From positions 52,443 to 116,442 of the forward strand of contig CAWJRQ010000002.1 in assembly GCA_963845345.1 (NCBI GenBank): 64,000 nt of DNA, in the 5' to 3' direction. Positions 35,276 to 46,526 of this stretch are shown here, in pieces. The position numbers and the translations under genes are program-made. The stretch comes from an uncultured Acidobacteriaceae bacterium. Lineage in GTDB: Bacteria > Acidobacteriota > Terriglobia > Terriglobales > Acidobacteriaceae. Below the pieces are notes generated by a model. It searched no databases. It worked only from the letters and a program-made list of their open reading frames with translations, and had not been told where the DNA came from. The stretch's first letter is position 1. The number at the start of each line of letters is the position of its first letter.

Positions 35276-36979
35276 TCAGTTAGAAAGAAAGACAGCCAGC
35301 TCCGCGCGGGGAACCTTGGTCTGTATGCCTGTGGAGAAGTTCTTCACTGTCAGAATACCGGATTTGAGCTCGTCTTCGCCAAGAATCACGATGTGGCGGG
35401 CGGTTTTGTCGGCCGCTTCAAAGGATTTTTTCAGTCGGAAACTGCCCTCGCCTAGCTCGATCCACAGTCCCTGATGGCGCAATTCGCGGGCCAGAATCAG
35501 GGAGGCGGCATTCAGGTTTTCGCCCAGCGGGGCGATGAAGGCCTCGGCCTTTTGCTGTACGGCGGAGTTTTGGTCAAGTGCGGCGAGGAGCGTCAGCACC
35601 AGCCGGTCCTCGCCCATGGCGAAGCCGATGCCCGGAGCACGAGGTCCACCGAGCATCTCGCTCAAGCCGTCATAGCGGCCTCCGCCGAGAAGGGCGTTCT
35701 GCGCGCCGAGTCCTCCGTGGGTGAACTCGAAGGTAGTGCGGGTGTAGTAATCCAGACCGCGAACGAGTCTGTGGTTCAGCGTGTAGGGGACGCCGGCTGC
35801 ATCCAGCGCCGATGTGACCGCAGCAAAGTGTTTCTTGGACTCCTCGTCCAACGAATCGGCAATCACCGGCAGCTTCTCGATAATGGGCTGGTCACCGGGA
35901 ACCTTGCAGTCCAGAACGCGCAGCGGATTAGTGACGGCGCGCCGCTGGCAGTCCGCGCACATCTGCGAGACCACGGGTACCAGCGCGGCCCGGAGCGTTT
36001 CGTTGTAACGGGCGCGGTCGGCTGCCGAGCCCACGGAGTTCAGCTCCAGCGTCCAGCCGGTGATGCCCAGCTCGTCCAGCAGCGTGGCCAGCATCTCCAG
36101 AATTTCCGCGTCGCGCAGCGGCGATTCGCTGCCCGACGAAGGCGGCCCGATAACCTCCGCCCCAATCTGCGAGAACTGCCGGTAGCGCCCCTTCTGCGGC
36201 CTCTCGCGCCTGAACTGCGGGCCGATGTAGTAGAGCTTTTGCAACTGGCCGCTCTCGAAGAGATTGTGCTCGATGGCCGCGCGGACCACGCCGGCGGTGT
36301 TCTCCGGGCGTAGGGTCAGAGATTGGGAAGAGGCGAAGAACTGTCCCTCGAATTGTTCGACAATGACATCGCATCGATCAATCCACGGATTCGGGGGCGC
36401 AGACGTAGGAATCACAAGCCGCAATTCAATGCGACCCTGCTGGAGTTGACTCGACGGATCAGATTTAGCAAGCTCACGAGCTTTTACAAGAGCGGAAATG
36501 GCGTCTGTCGATAGAGCAGGCCGAAAACACACAAACTCGGTCACCCCGGTCAAATGTAGTCCCTGCTGAACGCCTCGGTAAACCTGGAGTTGAACACCAA
36601 GCGCGTTTAATTTGGTTAAAAATGAAGGATTGCCCTGGACATTTATGCGATCAGCCTGGATTTGGTGTTGAGCTCGGTGTTGCTCATCAGGCTGATTTCT
36701 TTTGATCCACTCATCAATCATCTTCTTATCGTCGAACCGCTCGCCGTCTTCCCACGTGTACATCTCCTTGGAGACGATGTCGGTCTCCTCGCCCACGCCG
36801 CGAGCAAACAGGGCCGTGTCCTCAAAGACCGGCGTGCGAATCTCACCGAAGTTGTAGCGCGCAAAGACATCCCGCGCGGTGGCCTCGATGCGGTTCCAAA
36901 GGGCGGTCTCCGGCGGCAACAGGTCGCGCGTCCCGCGAACGGCTTTCAGGGTCTGGCTCATGGTGATAACCTGTGTCAT
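35276..36979 (-). CDS. hisS: histidine--tRNA ligase with a 140-aa insertion
   Basis: VRGTRDLLP, KEMYTWED, LTLRPENTA, FRRERPQKGRYRQF, LVRGLDYY, GGGRYDGL, GIGFAMGEDR. Confidence 0.95.
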   Translation of the reverse strand: MTQVITMSQTLKAVRGTRDLLPPETALWNRIEATARDVFARYNFGEIRTPVFEDTALFARGVGEETDIVSKEMYTWEDGERFDDKKMIDEWIKRNQPDEQHRAQHQIQADRINVQGNPSFLTKLNALGVQLQVYRGVQQGLHLTGVTEFVCFRPALSTDAISALVKARELAKSDPSSQLQQGRIELRLVIPTSAPPNPWIDRCDVIVEQFEGQFFASSQSLTLRPENTAGVVRAAIEHNLFESGQLQKLYYIGPQFRRERPQKGRYRQFSQIGAEVIGPPSSGSESPLRDAEILEMLATLLDELGITGWTLELNSVGSAADRARYNETLRAALVPVVSQMCADCQRRAVTNPLRVLDCKVPGDQPIIEKLPVIADSLDEESKKHFAAVTSALDAAGVPYTLNHRLVRGLDYYTRTTFEFTHGGLGAQNALLGGGRYDGLSEMLGGPRAPGIGFAMGEDRLVLTLLAALDQNSAVQQKAEAFIAPLGENLNAASLILARELRHQGLWIELGEGSFRLKKSFEAADKTARHIVILGEDELKSGILTVKNFSTGIQTKVPRAELAVFLSN

Positions 36980-37003
36980 TATTTAGGATACAAGGTGAGA
37001 GTC

Positions 37004-37702
37004 ATGATTCTTCATGCTGTTTCGATGGTCGCTCTTTTCGTGGACCAATTGGCGCAAACGCCAGTCATCGCCAAGTGTGCGTCTACTCCTGAACAAGATC
37101 CCCTTCTTGCGCGCCTTTTCATCGCTGCCCTTCCATCAGTATTTGCGCTTGTAGTTGCCTGGATGGTTTTTCGTTGGAATCGGAAGAACGACGATAGACG
37201 ATGGGTTCTTGAAAATAAGAAGACCGAATGGCGAGCACTTTTAGAGCTTGCATCCAAAGTCGAGCAGTTCACACCTTCAGTGGTAGTGGGGAGCGAGTTG
37301 ATCGGTACGGTGCATGATCCGGCATTCCAATTGCACCTGCGAGAGATGACCCAGACCGTATTGAAATGTGTGTTTATATCTGAGATCAAAGCCCAGAAAA
37401 TCTATGATGACCTCGTGAAGGTCCAGATTGTTAATGAGGAATCTAAAGGGCACATCGAGGACTTTAATTCAAATGCGAATCTTTCTCAGGCGCTGGGGAA
37501 GCCACGACCGCTACAAGCTGCGCGAAATGTGCAATCAGAGCTTGTCTCAATATGGCGGGAGATTCGCAAGCTAGCAGCGGAGGATCTGGATTTGGAGCAT
37601 CAGAAGCAGTGGAGGAAATTCTTGTTCGGCGGGCTCAAGAAACCACATAAGGTACAAATTGGAGGCAAAACGATCCCAGATGTTCCCATGGATAAGCCTT
37701 AA
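37004..37702 (+). CDS. hypothetical single-TM protein, AT-richer
   Basis: TM LFIAALPSVFALVVAWMVF followed by a charged helical region; 232-aa open frame. Confidence 0.6.
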   Translation: MILHAVSMVALFVDQLAQTPVIAKCASTPEQDPLLARLFIAALPSVFALVVAWMVFRWNRKNDDRRWVLENKKTEWRALLELASKVEQFTPSVVVGSELIGTVHDPAFQLHLREMTQTVLKCVFISEIKAQKIYDDLVKVQIVNEESKGHIEDFNSNANLSQALGKPRPLQAARNVQSELVSIWREIRKLAAEDLDLEHQKQWRKFLFGGLKKPHKVQIGGKTIPDVPMDKP

Positions 37703-37989
37703 CTCGCCAACCGCTCTTCTCGTTCCAGCCCCTCGTGAATCAACATCTTGAGATTGGTCTGGTAGCGCAGTCCTCGGCGCTCGGCCAGTGTCCGTGCACG
37801 GGAGATGTCTTCCGGGGCGAGTCGAATCGTTGTCGGAGGCGTACCCCCGCGATGCTTCAGCGTGCCCCGACGAACCCGGCCCTCCTGCGCCGCTTGCAAA
37901 AATGCCGCAGCCAGTCCCTCGCGGTTCTCGTAGAGCCAATTGGCTTCCTCGGTTTCGTTCTCAAACTTCGGAATAGTTATCTCATCCAT
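37699..37989 (-). CDS. CopG-family antitoxin, orphan
   Basis: IPKFENETEEANW...TTIRL..EDI.RAR.LA.RRGLRYQT.LKMLIHEGL (ribbon-helix-helix). Confidence 0.8.
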   Translation of the reverse strand: MDEITIPKFENETEEANWLYENREGLAAAFLQAAQEGRVRRGTLKHRGGTPPTTIRLAPEDISRARTLAERRGLRYQTNLKMLIHEGLEREERLAS

Positions 37990-38394
37990 GGTTTCAAGCT
38001 TACGCCTTGCCGTGTCTCCCAGTTCCAGCTTCTCGGACCTTGGAGACCACGAACTCCATGCGCGAAGCGCGCCCGCCTGGACGGCAAGTCCTTGCAGATT
38101 ATTTCCCACTTTGTTGCACAATGATTCTCAGAAGTCTTCCTTCAAATCATCGTCCCGGCGGTCCTTTTCGCGCCTTCTGCTATCCGGAAGCTGTCGGCAG
38201 AGGCCAAAACATTGCCAGTAACTCCTTATCCTGGAATATTTTGCATGGAACTTCTTTGTTTTCTATATTTTACAGCGCAACCCTGCCTGTAAGCTCAAGA
38301 TAACAAGGATTTTGCGTCCAAAATACGGGTGGGGGTACCCGAGGTGCCAGACACGTGCCGGGGGCGGAAGAGCAGAAGGCTACATATTGCAGCT

Positions 38395-39830
38395 TCACGC
38401 GTTGATCGCCATTCCCTCCACCGCTCCGTAGGCGTCCAGCAGGGACTCGGCCAGCGTGGGATGCGCGTGGATGGTGAACATCAGCTCCTCGACCGTGCCT
38501 TCCAGCTCCAGCACGGCGACCGCCTCGGCGATCAGCTCCGTGGCCTGCGGGCCGAGGATGTGCACGCCGAGAATCTCGCCGTACTTGGCGTCGGCGACCA
38601 CCTTCACAAAGCCGTCGTGATTGCCCAGAATGGTGGCCTTGGAGTTGCCCGCGAAGGGGAACTTGCCCACCTTGACCTCGTAGCCTTTTTCTTTGGCCTG
38701 CGCCTCGGTCAGGCCCGACCGACCCGATCTGCGGCTCGGTGTAGGTGCAGCCGGGGATGCGGTCGCGGCGCACCGGGCGGAAGGCGCGGCCGGCGATTTT
38801 GGCCGCGGCGATCATGCCGCTCATCGCGCCCACGTGCGCCAGTTGCGGCAGCCCGGCCACAATGTCGCCGATGGCAAAGACGCCCGGCTCGGCGGTCTCC
38901 TGCGCCTCGTTGACCTGGATCAGCCCGCGATCGAGCTCGATGCGCGTCTTTTCCAGGCCAAGATCGCCGGTTCGCCCGGCGCGGCCCACGGCCACCAGAA
39001 CCTTTTCGGCTTCCTTCGATTTGGGTTTGCCGTTCGCGTCGATGAAGGTGACCTTCACGCCGGTTTCGGTCTTTTCGACCTTCTCGACTTTTGCGCCGGT
39101 GTTCACGTCGATGCCGCGCTTTTTGAAGAGGCGCGTGATCTCTTTGGAGATTTCCTCGTCCTCGACCGGAACCACGCGCGGCAGAAACTCGAGAATCGTC
39201 ACCTCAGCGCCGAAGGTGCGGAAGAGCGAGGCGAACTCCATGCCCACCGCGCCCGCGCCGATGACGATCAGCGACTTGGGCACCTGCTCCATGGCCAGGA
39301 TTTCGATGTTGGTCAGGATGCGGTCGTCGGGCTGCGAGGCCGGGCAGCATCTTGGCCTCGGAGCCGGTGGCGAGGATGACGTTCTTCGCCTTGATCGGGC
39401 TGATTTCTCCGCTCGCCGACGTGACTTCGACCGTGTGCACGCCGTCGTGCGCGGGGCCGGCCAGCCGCCCATAGCCCTCGATGCGCGCGATCTTGTGCTT
39501 CTTCATCAGGAAGTCGAGGCCCTTGGCGTGCTTGGCGATGATGGCGTTCTTGCGCTGGAGCACCGCGGCCCAGTTGAGCGTGGGCGCGCCGATGCCCTCA
39601 ATGCCAAACTCGGCGGCGTGCTTCAGGTGGTCCCAGATTTCGGCGTTGAAGAGCAGAGCCTTGGTGGGGATGCAGCCCACGTGCAGGCAGGTTCCGCCCA
39701 GCTTGTCGGTCTGCTCGATCAGCGCCACCTTCAGCCCGTACTCCGCCGCGCGAATGGCCGCCGTGTAGCCGGCCGGCCCGCCGCCAATGATCGCCACATC
39801 GTAAATCGTCTCTGCCATTGTCTTTGCCAA
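38395..39830 (-). CDS. lpdA: dihydrolipoyl dehydrogenase (frameshifted)
   Basis: IIGGGPAGY, GGTCLHVGCIPTK, IGAGAVGMEF, AIGD..QLAH, IHAHPTLAE. Confidence 0.95.
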
Positions 39831-39955
39831 GGGAACTCCATTCCGGGGCGCTGCTCAGGAGCCGCAAACGCCGCATTCCACCGTTCAGTTTAATGGATGC
39901 GCCAGACGCCTACTTCGCTTCCGCGCCGGTGCATACCAGCCAGCAGAAACGATTC

Positions 39956-40920
39956 TTACAGGTTTTTCTGAACCAGTTCGGCTGCCGCGCGCAGCACCTC
40001 CGGCTCATCGCCGAAGCCCGCGATCCAATGCACCTCCGGCTCGCGCCGGAACCAGGTCAACTGCCGCTTGGCGTAGTTGCGATGGCCCTGCTGGGCGGCC
40101 TCTACCGCTTCTTCGACAGGCCAAGACTCCCGCAGCACGCCAGCGCCTGCCGGTAGCCCAGCGAGTCGAGCGCCTTCACCGGCCCGTAGCGTTCGAGCAG
40201 GCCGCGCGTCTCTTCGACGATGCCCGCCGCAAACATTTCAGCGCAGCGCCGGTTGAGCCGGTCGTAAAGCGCCTGGCGCGGCGGGTTGAGGCCGATGCGC
40301 AGCAGCCGAAAGCCGGTGAGCGGGTTGCGGGCTTTTCCTGGTTCACCATTCTGGAAAGCGGCTTGCGCGCCGCCAGGCAGACCTCGATGGCGCGAATCAG
40401 CTTGGCTGCGTCGTTGGAGTGAATGCGCGCGGCCGAGGCCGGGTCGAGCCGCCGGAGCAGCCGGTGCAGCCAGTCTTCGCCGTGCCTCTCGCGGCTCTGT
40501 TGCAGCCGGACCCGCAACTCCTGCTGCCGCTCCGGCCCGGCAAAAAGCCCTTCGGTCAGCGCGCGCAGGTAGAGGCCGGTTCCGCCGGTCACGATGGGCA
40601 GACGGCCCCGCGCGGCAATCTCCCGCAAAGCCGCCCGCGCCTGCCGGCTGTATTCGCCCGCGGTAAAGGGCTGGTCCGGATCGGCCACGTCGATGAGGTG
40701 ATGCGGCAGCCGCGCCCGCTCTTCTCTTGTTGGTTTGGCCGTGCCCAGGTCCATGCCGCGATAGACGGCCACCGAGTCGCAACTGACGATCTCGCCGCCA
40801 GAAGCGCTCGCCCAGTTCGAGCGAAAGCGCCGTCTTGCCGCTGCCCGTGGGGCCGAGCAGCAGAACTGCGAGCGGGTCCGCCGCGGCGAAGCCGCCGTTC
40901 GCCCTCCGCGAAGGAGTCAT
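39956..40920 (-). CDS. miaA: tRNA dimethylallyltransferase (frameshifted)
   Basis: LLGPTGSGKT, VYRGMDLGTAKP, PHHLID, VTGGTGLYL, YAKRQLTWFR. Confidence 0.93.
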
Positions 40921-41105
40921 GGCCGCCACCATCCCGGCGGAAAGATCCACTTGGGATTGGTGCGCAGGAGCCAGAAGAGCAGGATCGCCGCGGCCACCAG
41001 CACCAGCCCGAAGACCTGGTTGCGCCGGAAAACTCGCTGCTGCTCCCGGCGCCGCGCCTTCTCGGCAACTTCCTGAAAGTAAGGCTTGATCCGAGTCTGC
41101 ACCAT
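40917..41105 (-). CDS. small membrane protein
   Basis: 62 aa, one TM, ends FPPGWWRP; overlaps the miaA start; GGAGGG RBS. Confidence 0.6.
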   Translation of the reverse strand: MVQTRIKPYFQEVAEKARRREQQRVFRRNQVFGLVLVAAAILLFWLLRTNPKWIFPPGWWRP

Positions 41106-41207
41106 GGCGCGGCCCTCCTGCTGACCGGCACAAATCAGCGCCGGATCACCACGCATCAGTATAGGGGAGCCGCAGGCACGGCATTGACTTCCACCTTCAG
41201 CGCGGAA

Positions 41208-41512
41208 TCAGCTCAGAGATATCTGCGCGGGCGGAGAGGGCTGGCTTTTGCTGCTGGAAGCAGGCGCGGCACAACACCGGCCTGCCCTGCGTGGGCTTGA
41301 AGGGAACCGTCGTTCCGCGCCGCACTGCGAGCAGTTGGTCCGGGTCTCCGGGCGCACCCTGGAGCCCCCGCGGACGCGCTTCGCCTTGCACTGCTTGCAG
41401 TGCCTGGGCTCGTTCTTGAACTGTTTGTCGTGGAAGAAAAGCTGCTCGCCGGCGGTGAAGACAAACTCGGCGCCGCAGTCGCTGCACTTAAAACTCTGTC
41501 GGTAAATTCCAT
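41208..41512 (-). CDS. zinc-ribbon protein (CxxC-x17-CxxC; frameshifted)
   Basis: MEFTDRVLKCSDCGAEFVFTAGEQLFF..NEPRHCKQC; CSQCG..VPFKPTQGRPVLCRAC. Confidence 0.85.
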
Positions 41513-41826
41513 GGCCGGCTTCCCCAAAGAAGGGAAATTGATTGAAATCGGCCATGAACACGATCAGCTTGCCGGTCCCGTTTCCCTGCTTCGTGCTGTG
41601 ATAACAACCAGGGCCCGGGCCGCAACAAGTTCAGCGGCAAATAGTATTGTCTGTCCGGCAAGCCGGCAAGACCTGAGTACAACCTCCAAGCAACCTGCAT
41701 GCAGAAAGTTGGAGTTAAATGAAAGAACGCGACAGACCGCCCCGGCCTTGCCTGCGATCTCTGGTTTCCTGCCCGCATCTTGATGCGGGGGTCGCCGGGG
41801 CGGCGCATGTCACGATGGTTTTGAAG

Positions 41827-42024
41827 CTAGTCCTGCTCTTTACGAGCCTTCTTGCGATTCCGCTTGCGCGCCAAAGCCGCCTTTACGCGTTTCTTTTCGC
41901 CGGGCTTCAGGTAGTAGGAGTGACGCTTGACTTCCTTGATGATGTCCTCCTGCTGTACCTTCCGCTTAAACCGGCGCAGCGCATTTTCGAGCGGTTCGCC
42001 TTCTTGTACACGAACCTCCGCCAA
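41827..42024 (-). CDS. rpsU: 30S ribosomal protein S21
   Basis: GGAGGT RBS + TTG; AEVRVQEGEPLENALRRFKRKV..EVKRHSYYLKP. Confidence 0.95.
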   Translation of the reverse strand: MAEVRVQEGEPLENALRRFKRKVQQEDIIKEVKRHSYYLKPGEKKRVKAALARKRNRKKARKEQD

Positions 42025-42401
42025 AAAATCCCACCTCCAAACCCGCCAACTGGCATCTCCTATGATACTGGAAACATTGGTCCGCAGGTCAAGCGCAGAG
42101 GCCAATCCTGGGAATTTCTCCTGAAATTGCGTGATATTTCGCACAAATCGCCCTCCAACCCCCATGATTTCCGATTTGGAACGGTTTATTTTGCCTAGGC
42201 GGGCTGATCCGGCGGCTTGCGCGGGTTGGCATTCGCCTATCTTGCCATGCACCATACCTTAAGAACGAAATCAGAGTAAACGTGCCCTTGTCGAGAGTGT
42301 TCAAGGTGGCTCTTTCTTGAGGTAAAAGCCACTTAGCGAAGTTGCTTCCGAGATACAGCTACTCTGGTTTCGCTATAAACTGGCCAGGAGGCCTTGAAAC
42401 C

Positions 42402-42919
42402 ATGATCCGCAGCTACCAGGGGCGGCTGCCCCAGATCCCCGCCAGTTGCTACGTTGACCCTTCCGCGCAGATTATCGGCGACGTGACCCTCGGCGAGCGC
42501 TCCTCGGTGTGGATGAACGCCGTCCTGCGCGGCGACGTCCACTCCATCCGCGTCGGCTCCAACTCCAATGTCCAGGACTGCGCCGTCCTCCACGGCCAGC
42601 GCAACCTCTATCCGGTCATTGTGGGCGACTGGGTCACCATCGGCCACAACGCCACCGTGCACGGATGCGTGGTGGAGGACGCGGTTCTGATCGGCATCGG
42701 GGCCAGGGTTCTGAACGACTGCCGTATCGGCGAGGGTTCACTCATCGCCGCCGGCGCCGTGGTCCCCGAGGGAACGCAAGTTCCTCCGCGCACGCTCTGG
42801 GCCGGCGTCCCCGCCAAACTCCGCCGCGAACTGACGAAGCCGACCACGCCAAAATCATCGAATACGCCCAGAACTACCTGGACTATGTTGAGATCTTCCG
42901 CAAGGAACCGGCTAGCTGA
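42402..42919 (+). CDS. gamma carbonic anhydrase family hexapeptide-repeat protein
   Basis: IIGDVTLGERSSVWMNAVLRGD, SNVQD..LH, TIGHNATVHGC; indel near the 3' end. Confidence 0.9.
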
Positions 42920-42941
42920 GCGGGCCGCGCATGGGTAGAGG

Positions 42942-45009
42942 TCACAGTTCCGTGGATTGGCTCTCAACCAGCGCCTTGCACTTGGCGATGAAATCGGCCA
43001 GCGGCATGGAGCCCTGGTCGCCTTTGCCGCGGGTGCGGACGCTGACCGCGTTGGCTTCCTGCTCCTTGTCGCCGAAGACGAGGATGTAGGGCGTCTTCTG
43101 GTTGGCGAAGTCGCGAATCTTGCCGTTCATCTTCTCGTTGCGGATGTCGGTCTTCAACGCGCAGGCCCGCGGCTTTCAACTCGGCCTCGACCTTCTGCGC
43201 GTATGCGTGGTGCCGCTCGCTGATGGGGACAAGACCAATCTGCACCGGCGCAAGCCACAGCGGGAAGGCTCCGGCGTAGTGCTCGATGAGCACGCCGAAG
43301 AAGCGCTCGACGGAGCCGAAGAGGGCGCGGTGAACCATGACCGGCTGATGGCGCTCGCCGTCCTCGCCCACGTACTCCAGCTCGAAGCGCGCCGGCAGGT
43401 TGAAGTCGAACTGCACCGTGGAGAGCTGCCACAGGCGGCCCAGCACATCGACAAGCTTGATGTCGATCTTGGGGCCGTAGAAGGCGGCTTCGCCGGGGAT
43501 GGTCTTGTAGGCGATGCCCTTCCGGTCGAGAGCGCGCTGCAAGGAGCCGACGGCCAGGTTCCAGTTCTCATCGGAGCCGGCGTAGTGGGCGCGGTCGTTG
43601 GGGTCCCAGGTGGATAGCTCGACCTTGAACTCGTTGAAGCCGAAGGTCTTCAGCACCGCCTCGGCAAAGTCGATGCAGGCGACCACTTCGTCCTCAATCT
43701 GGCCGGGGGTGCAGAAGATGTGCGCGTCGTCCTGCGTAAAGCCGCGCACGCGCAACAGGCCGTGCATGGTTCCGGAGCGCTCGTAGCGGTAGACGTTGCC
43801 CAACTCGGCCAGGCGCACGGGCAGGTCGCGATAACTGCGCGGCGAGTTTTTGTAAATCAGGATGTGGCCGGGGCAGTTCATCGGCTTCAGCCGATACTCG
43901 GCATCATCCAGCTCCATGGGGGTGTACATGTTGCCCGCGTAAAAACCCTCATGGCCGCTGATCTTCCACAGCTCGCGGCGCATGACGTGGGGAGTGAAAA
44001 CCAGCGAGTAGCCGCGCCGCAGACATTCCTCGCGCATCCAGTCTTCCATCACCTTGCGGACGATGCCGCCCTTGGGATGCCAGAAGATGAGTCCCGCGCC
44101 GGCCAGCTCCTGAATGCTGAACAGGTCCAGTTGTTTGCCCAGCAGGCGATGGTCGCGCTTGGCCGCTTCTTCCAGCCGGGCGAAGTGCGCGTCCATGTCT
44201 TTCTGCGAGAAGAACGCGGTTCCGTAGATGCGCTGCAACTGCGGATTCTTCTCGTCGCCCAGCCAGTAAGCGCCGGCCAGGCTGGTCACCTTGACGGCCT
44301 TGACGCGGCCGGTCGAGGGCACATGCGGCCCGCGGCAAAAGTCCACGAACTTGCCGTTGCGATAGAAGCTGACCTGGTCGCCGGGCGCGGTGAATTTGGT
44401 CACGAAGTGGGTCTTCATGAAGTCGCCGTCGCGCTCAAACTCTTCCAGCGCTTTCTCTCTTGGAGCGGATTCGCGCTTGAACGGCTCGTCGCGCGCAATC
44501 ACCTCGGCCATCTTCGCCTCGATCCGCGCCAGGTCCTCGGGAACGAAGGGCTTCTCGCGATGGAAATCGTAGAAGAAGCCGGAGTCGGTGGCCGGGCCGT
44601 GGCCCAGCTTGGTCTCGGGAAAGAGTTCCAGCACCGCCGTGGCCAGCACGTGCGCGGCGGAGTGGCGCAGCACCTTGATCGCCTCGGGGTCCTTCTCGGT
44701 CATCAACTCCAGGCGCGTGTCGGCGGTCAGCGGCGTGGCCAGGTCCACCAGGCGCGGGCCGGCCGCGTCCTCGGCGGCATACATGGCCGCCTCCGAGGCG
44801 TGCTCGTCAGCGGCGGAGCTTTGCTTCACGGCAGCGCCGACCGGGGTCAGGCGCGCAGCCACGGAGGCCGCGGCCAGCCGCGGCGAAATCGAGTTGGCAA
44901 TCTCAAGAGGCGTCGTCCCGGCGGGCACTTCGCGAATGGCTCCGTCGGGCAGGTGTACGGCGATGGTCTTTGCGTTCATGGGCATAGGGGTCCTGGGATT
45001 TCCGGCCAC
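42942..45009 (-). CDS. thrS: threonine--tRNA ligase (frameshift near 43155)
   Basis: TGS domain, RHSAAHVLA, DFCRGPHV, RDHRLLG, LKPMNCPGH, RVRGFTQDDAH, AFYGPKID, MVHRALFGSVERF. Confidence 0.96.
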
Positions 45010-45169
45010 GGGGTGGCTGGGCTGCGTGTCAACACTTCAGGATATACCGAAGAGAGCCGGAACAACCCTCTTCCGGGGCGCGTAACTGCTTTTCATGGCT
45101 TATCTTGGATGGAGTGGCCCTTGAGCTTCCCCGTATGGGCTAAAACATCTTTCAGAAAGAGGTTTCCCT

Positions 45170-46526
45170 ATGGACTGGCGTTTGCGGGGCTTCGCGCTCC
45201 TCGTCTTGTTTGCGGTCTTCGGTCTTGGCTCAGCCCAGGCTCAGCCCGCCATTCAACCCACCGTGGACATCACCAAGGTTCCGGCCGCGGCCCAGCCCTC
45301 GGCGCACTTTGACGCCGACGCCGCCACGGAAGCGTATATGGCGATGATTCCGCCCGCGGCCACGGCCCGATCCAACGCATATTTCGAAGGCGGCTATTGG
45401 CTGATTCTCTGGGACTTTCTGTATTCCTCGGCCGTTGCTCTGCTGCTGCTGAACCTGCGCTGGTCGGCGAAGATGCGCGATCTGGCCGAGCGCATCACGC
45501 GCTTCCGGTGGCTGCAAGACGCGCTCTACTGGGGACAATATCTTTTGTTGACCACGGTGCTGGGCTTCCCGCTCGAGTTTTATGAGGGCTACGTGCGCGA
45601 GCACAAATACGGCCTGGCCACGCAGAGCTTCTGGCCCTGGATGGGCGATCAGGGCAAGGGTCTGCTGCTCGGCCTGGTCTTTGGCGCCTTGGCGGTCATG
45701 CTGCTGTTTGCCATTGTGCGCCGGCTGCCCCGCAGCTGGTGGATCTGGGGCGCTGTGGCGATGACTGGCCTGACGGTGGTTGCAGGTCAGCGATCGGCCC
45801 GGTCTTTATCCAGCCGATCTTCAACAAGGTTACCCGGCTGAACGATCCGAAAATTACGGTCCCGATTCTGCGCATGGCCCACGCCAATGGGATTCCCACC
45901 AACGATGTCTACCAGATCGACGCCAGCCGCCAGACCACGCGCATGAGCGCCAACGTGAGCGGCTTTGCCAACACCATGCGCATCACGCTCAACGACAACC
46001 TGCTGCGCCGCGGCTCGCCCGAGGAGATTCAGGCGGTGATGGGCCACGAGATGGGCCACTATGTGATGCACCACATTCCCAAGAGCATCTTCTTCATGGC
46101 GGTGGTGTATCTGATCTTCTTTGCCTGCCTGCTCTGGGGGCTGCAATGGACGCTGGCGCGCTGGGGAGAGCGCTGGCAGATTCGCGGCGTTGGCGACCCG
46201 GCCGTGCTGCCGCTGGTCTTTCTGCTGGCCGGCATCTTCTTCTTTGTGCTCACGCCGGTGATGAATACCGAAACCCGACGCAGGAGAAAGAGGCCGACAT
46301 GTTCGGCCTGAACGCCGCCCGCCAGCCGGATGGCTTTGCCCAGGCCGCGATTCACCTTCGCGAATATCGCAAAATGCGGCCCGGCAAGTGGGAGGAGCGG
46401 ATCTTCTTCGACCACCCCAGCGGCTATGACCGCATCCACTCCGCGATGGTGTGGAAGGGCGAAAACCTGGAGCTGTTCGAGAAGGCGCCAGAGCAACCAG
46501 CCGTGCAACCGCCTGCCGCGCATTGA
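45170..46526 (+). CDS. M48 (Ste24-like) metallopeptidase (frameshifted)
   Basis: Multi-TM N-terminus; NANVSG-like MSANVSG; HEMGH; EKEAD; DHPS..RI. Confidence 0.88.

Noticed and set aside
36326-36745. Intein or self-splicing intron in hisS
   Set aside because: No N-terminal Cys/Ser, no His-Asn end and no LAGLIDADG motif; QS belongs to native HisRS. The frame is open and no intron ends were recognised.
37990-38130. BrnT-like toxin upstream of the CopG antitoxin
   Set aside because: No frame gives a recognisable toxin sequence.
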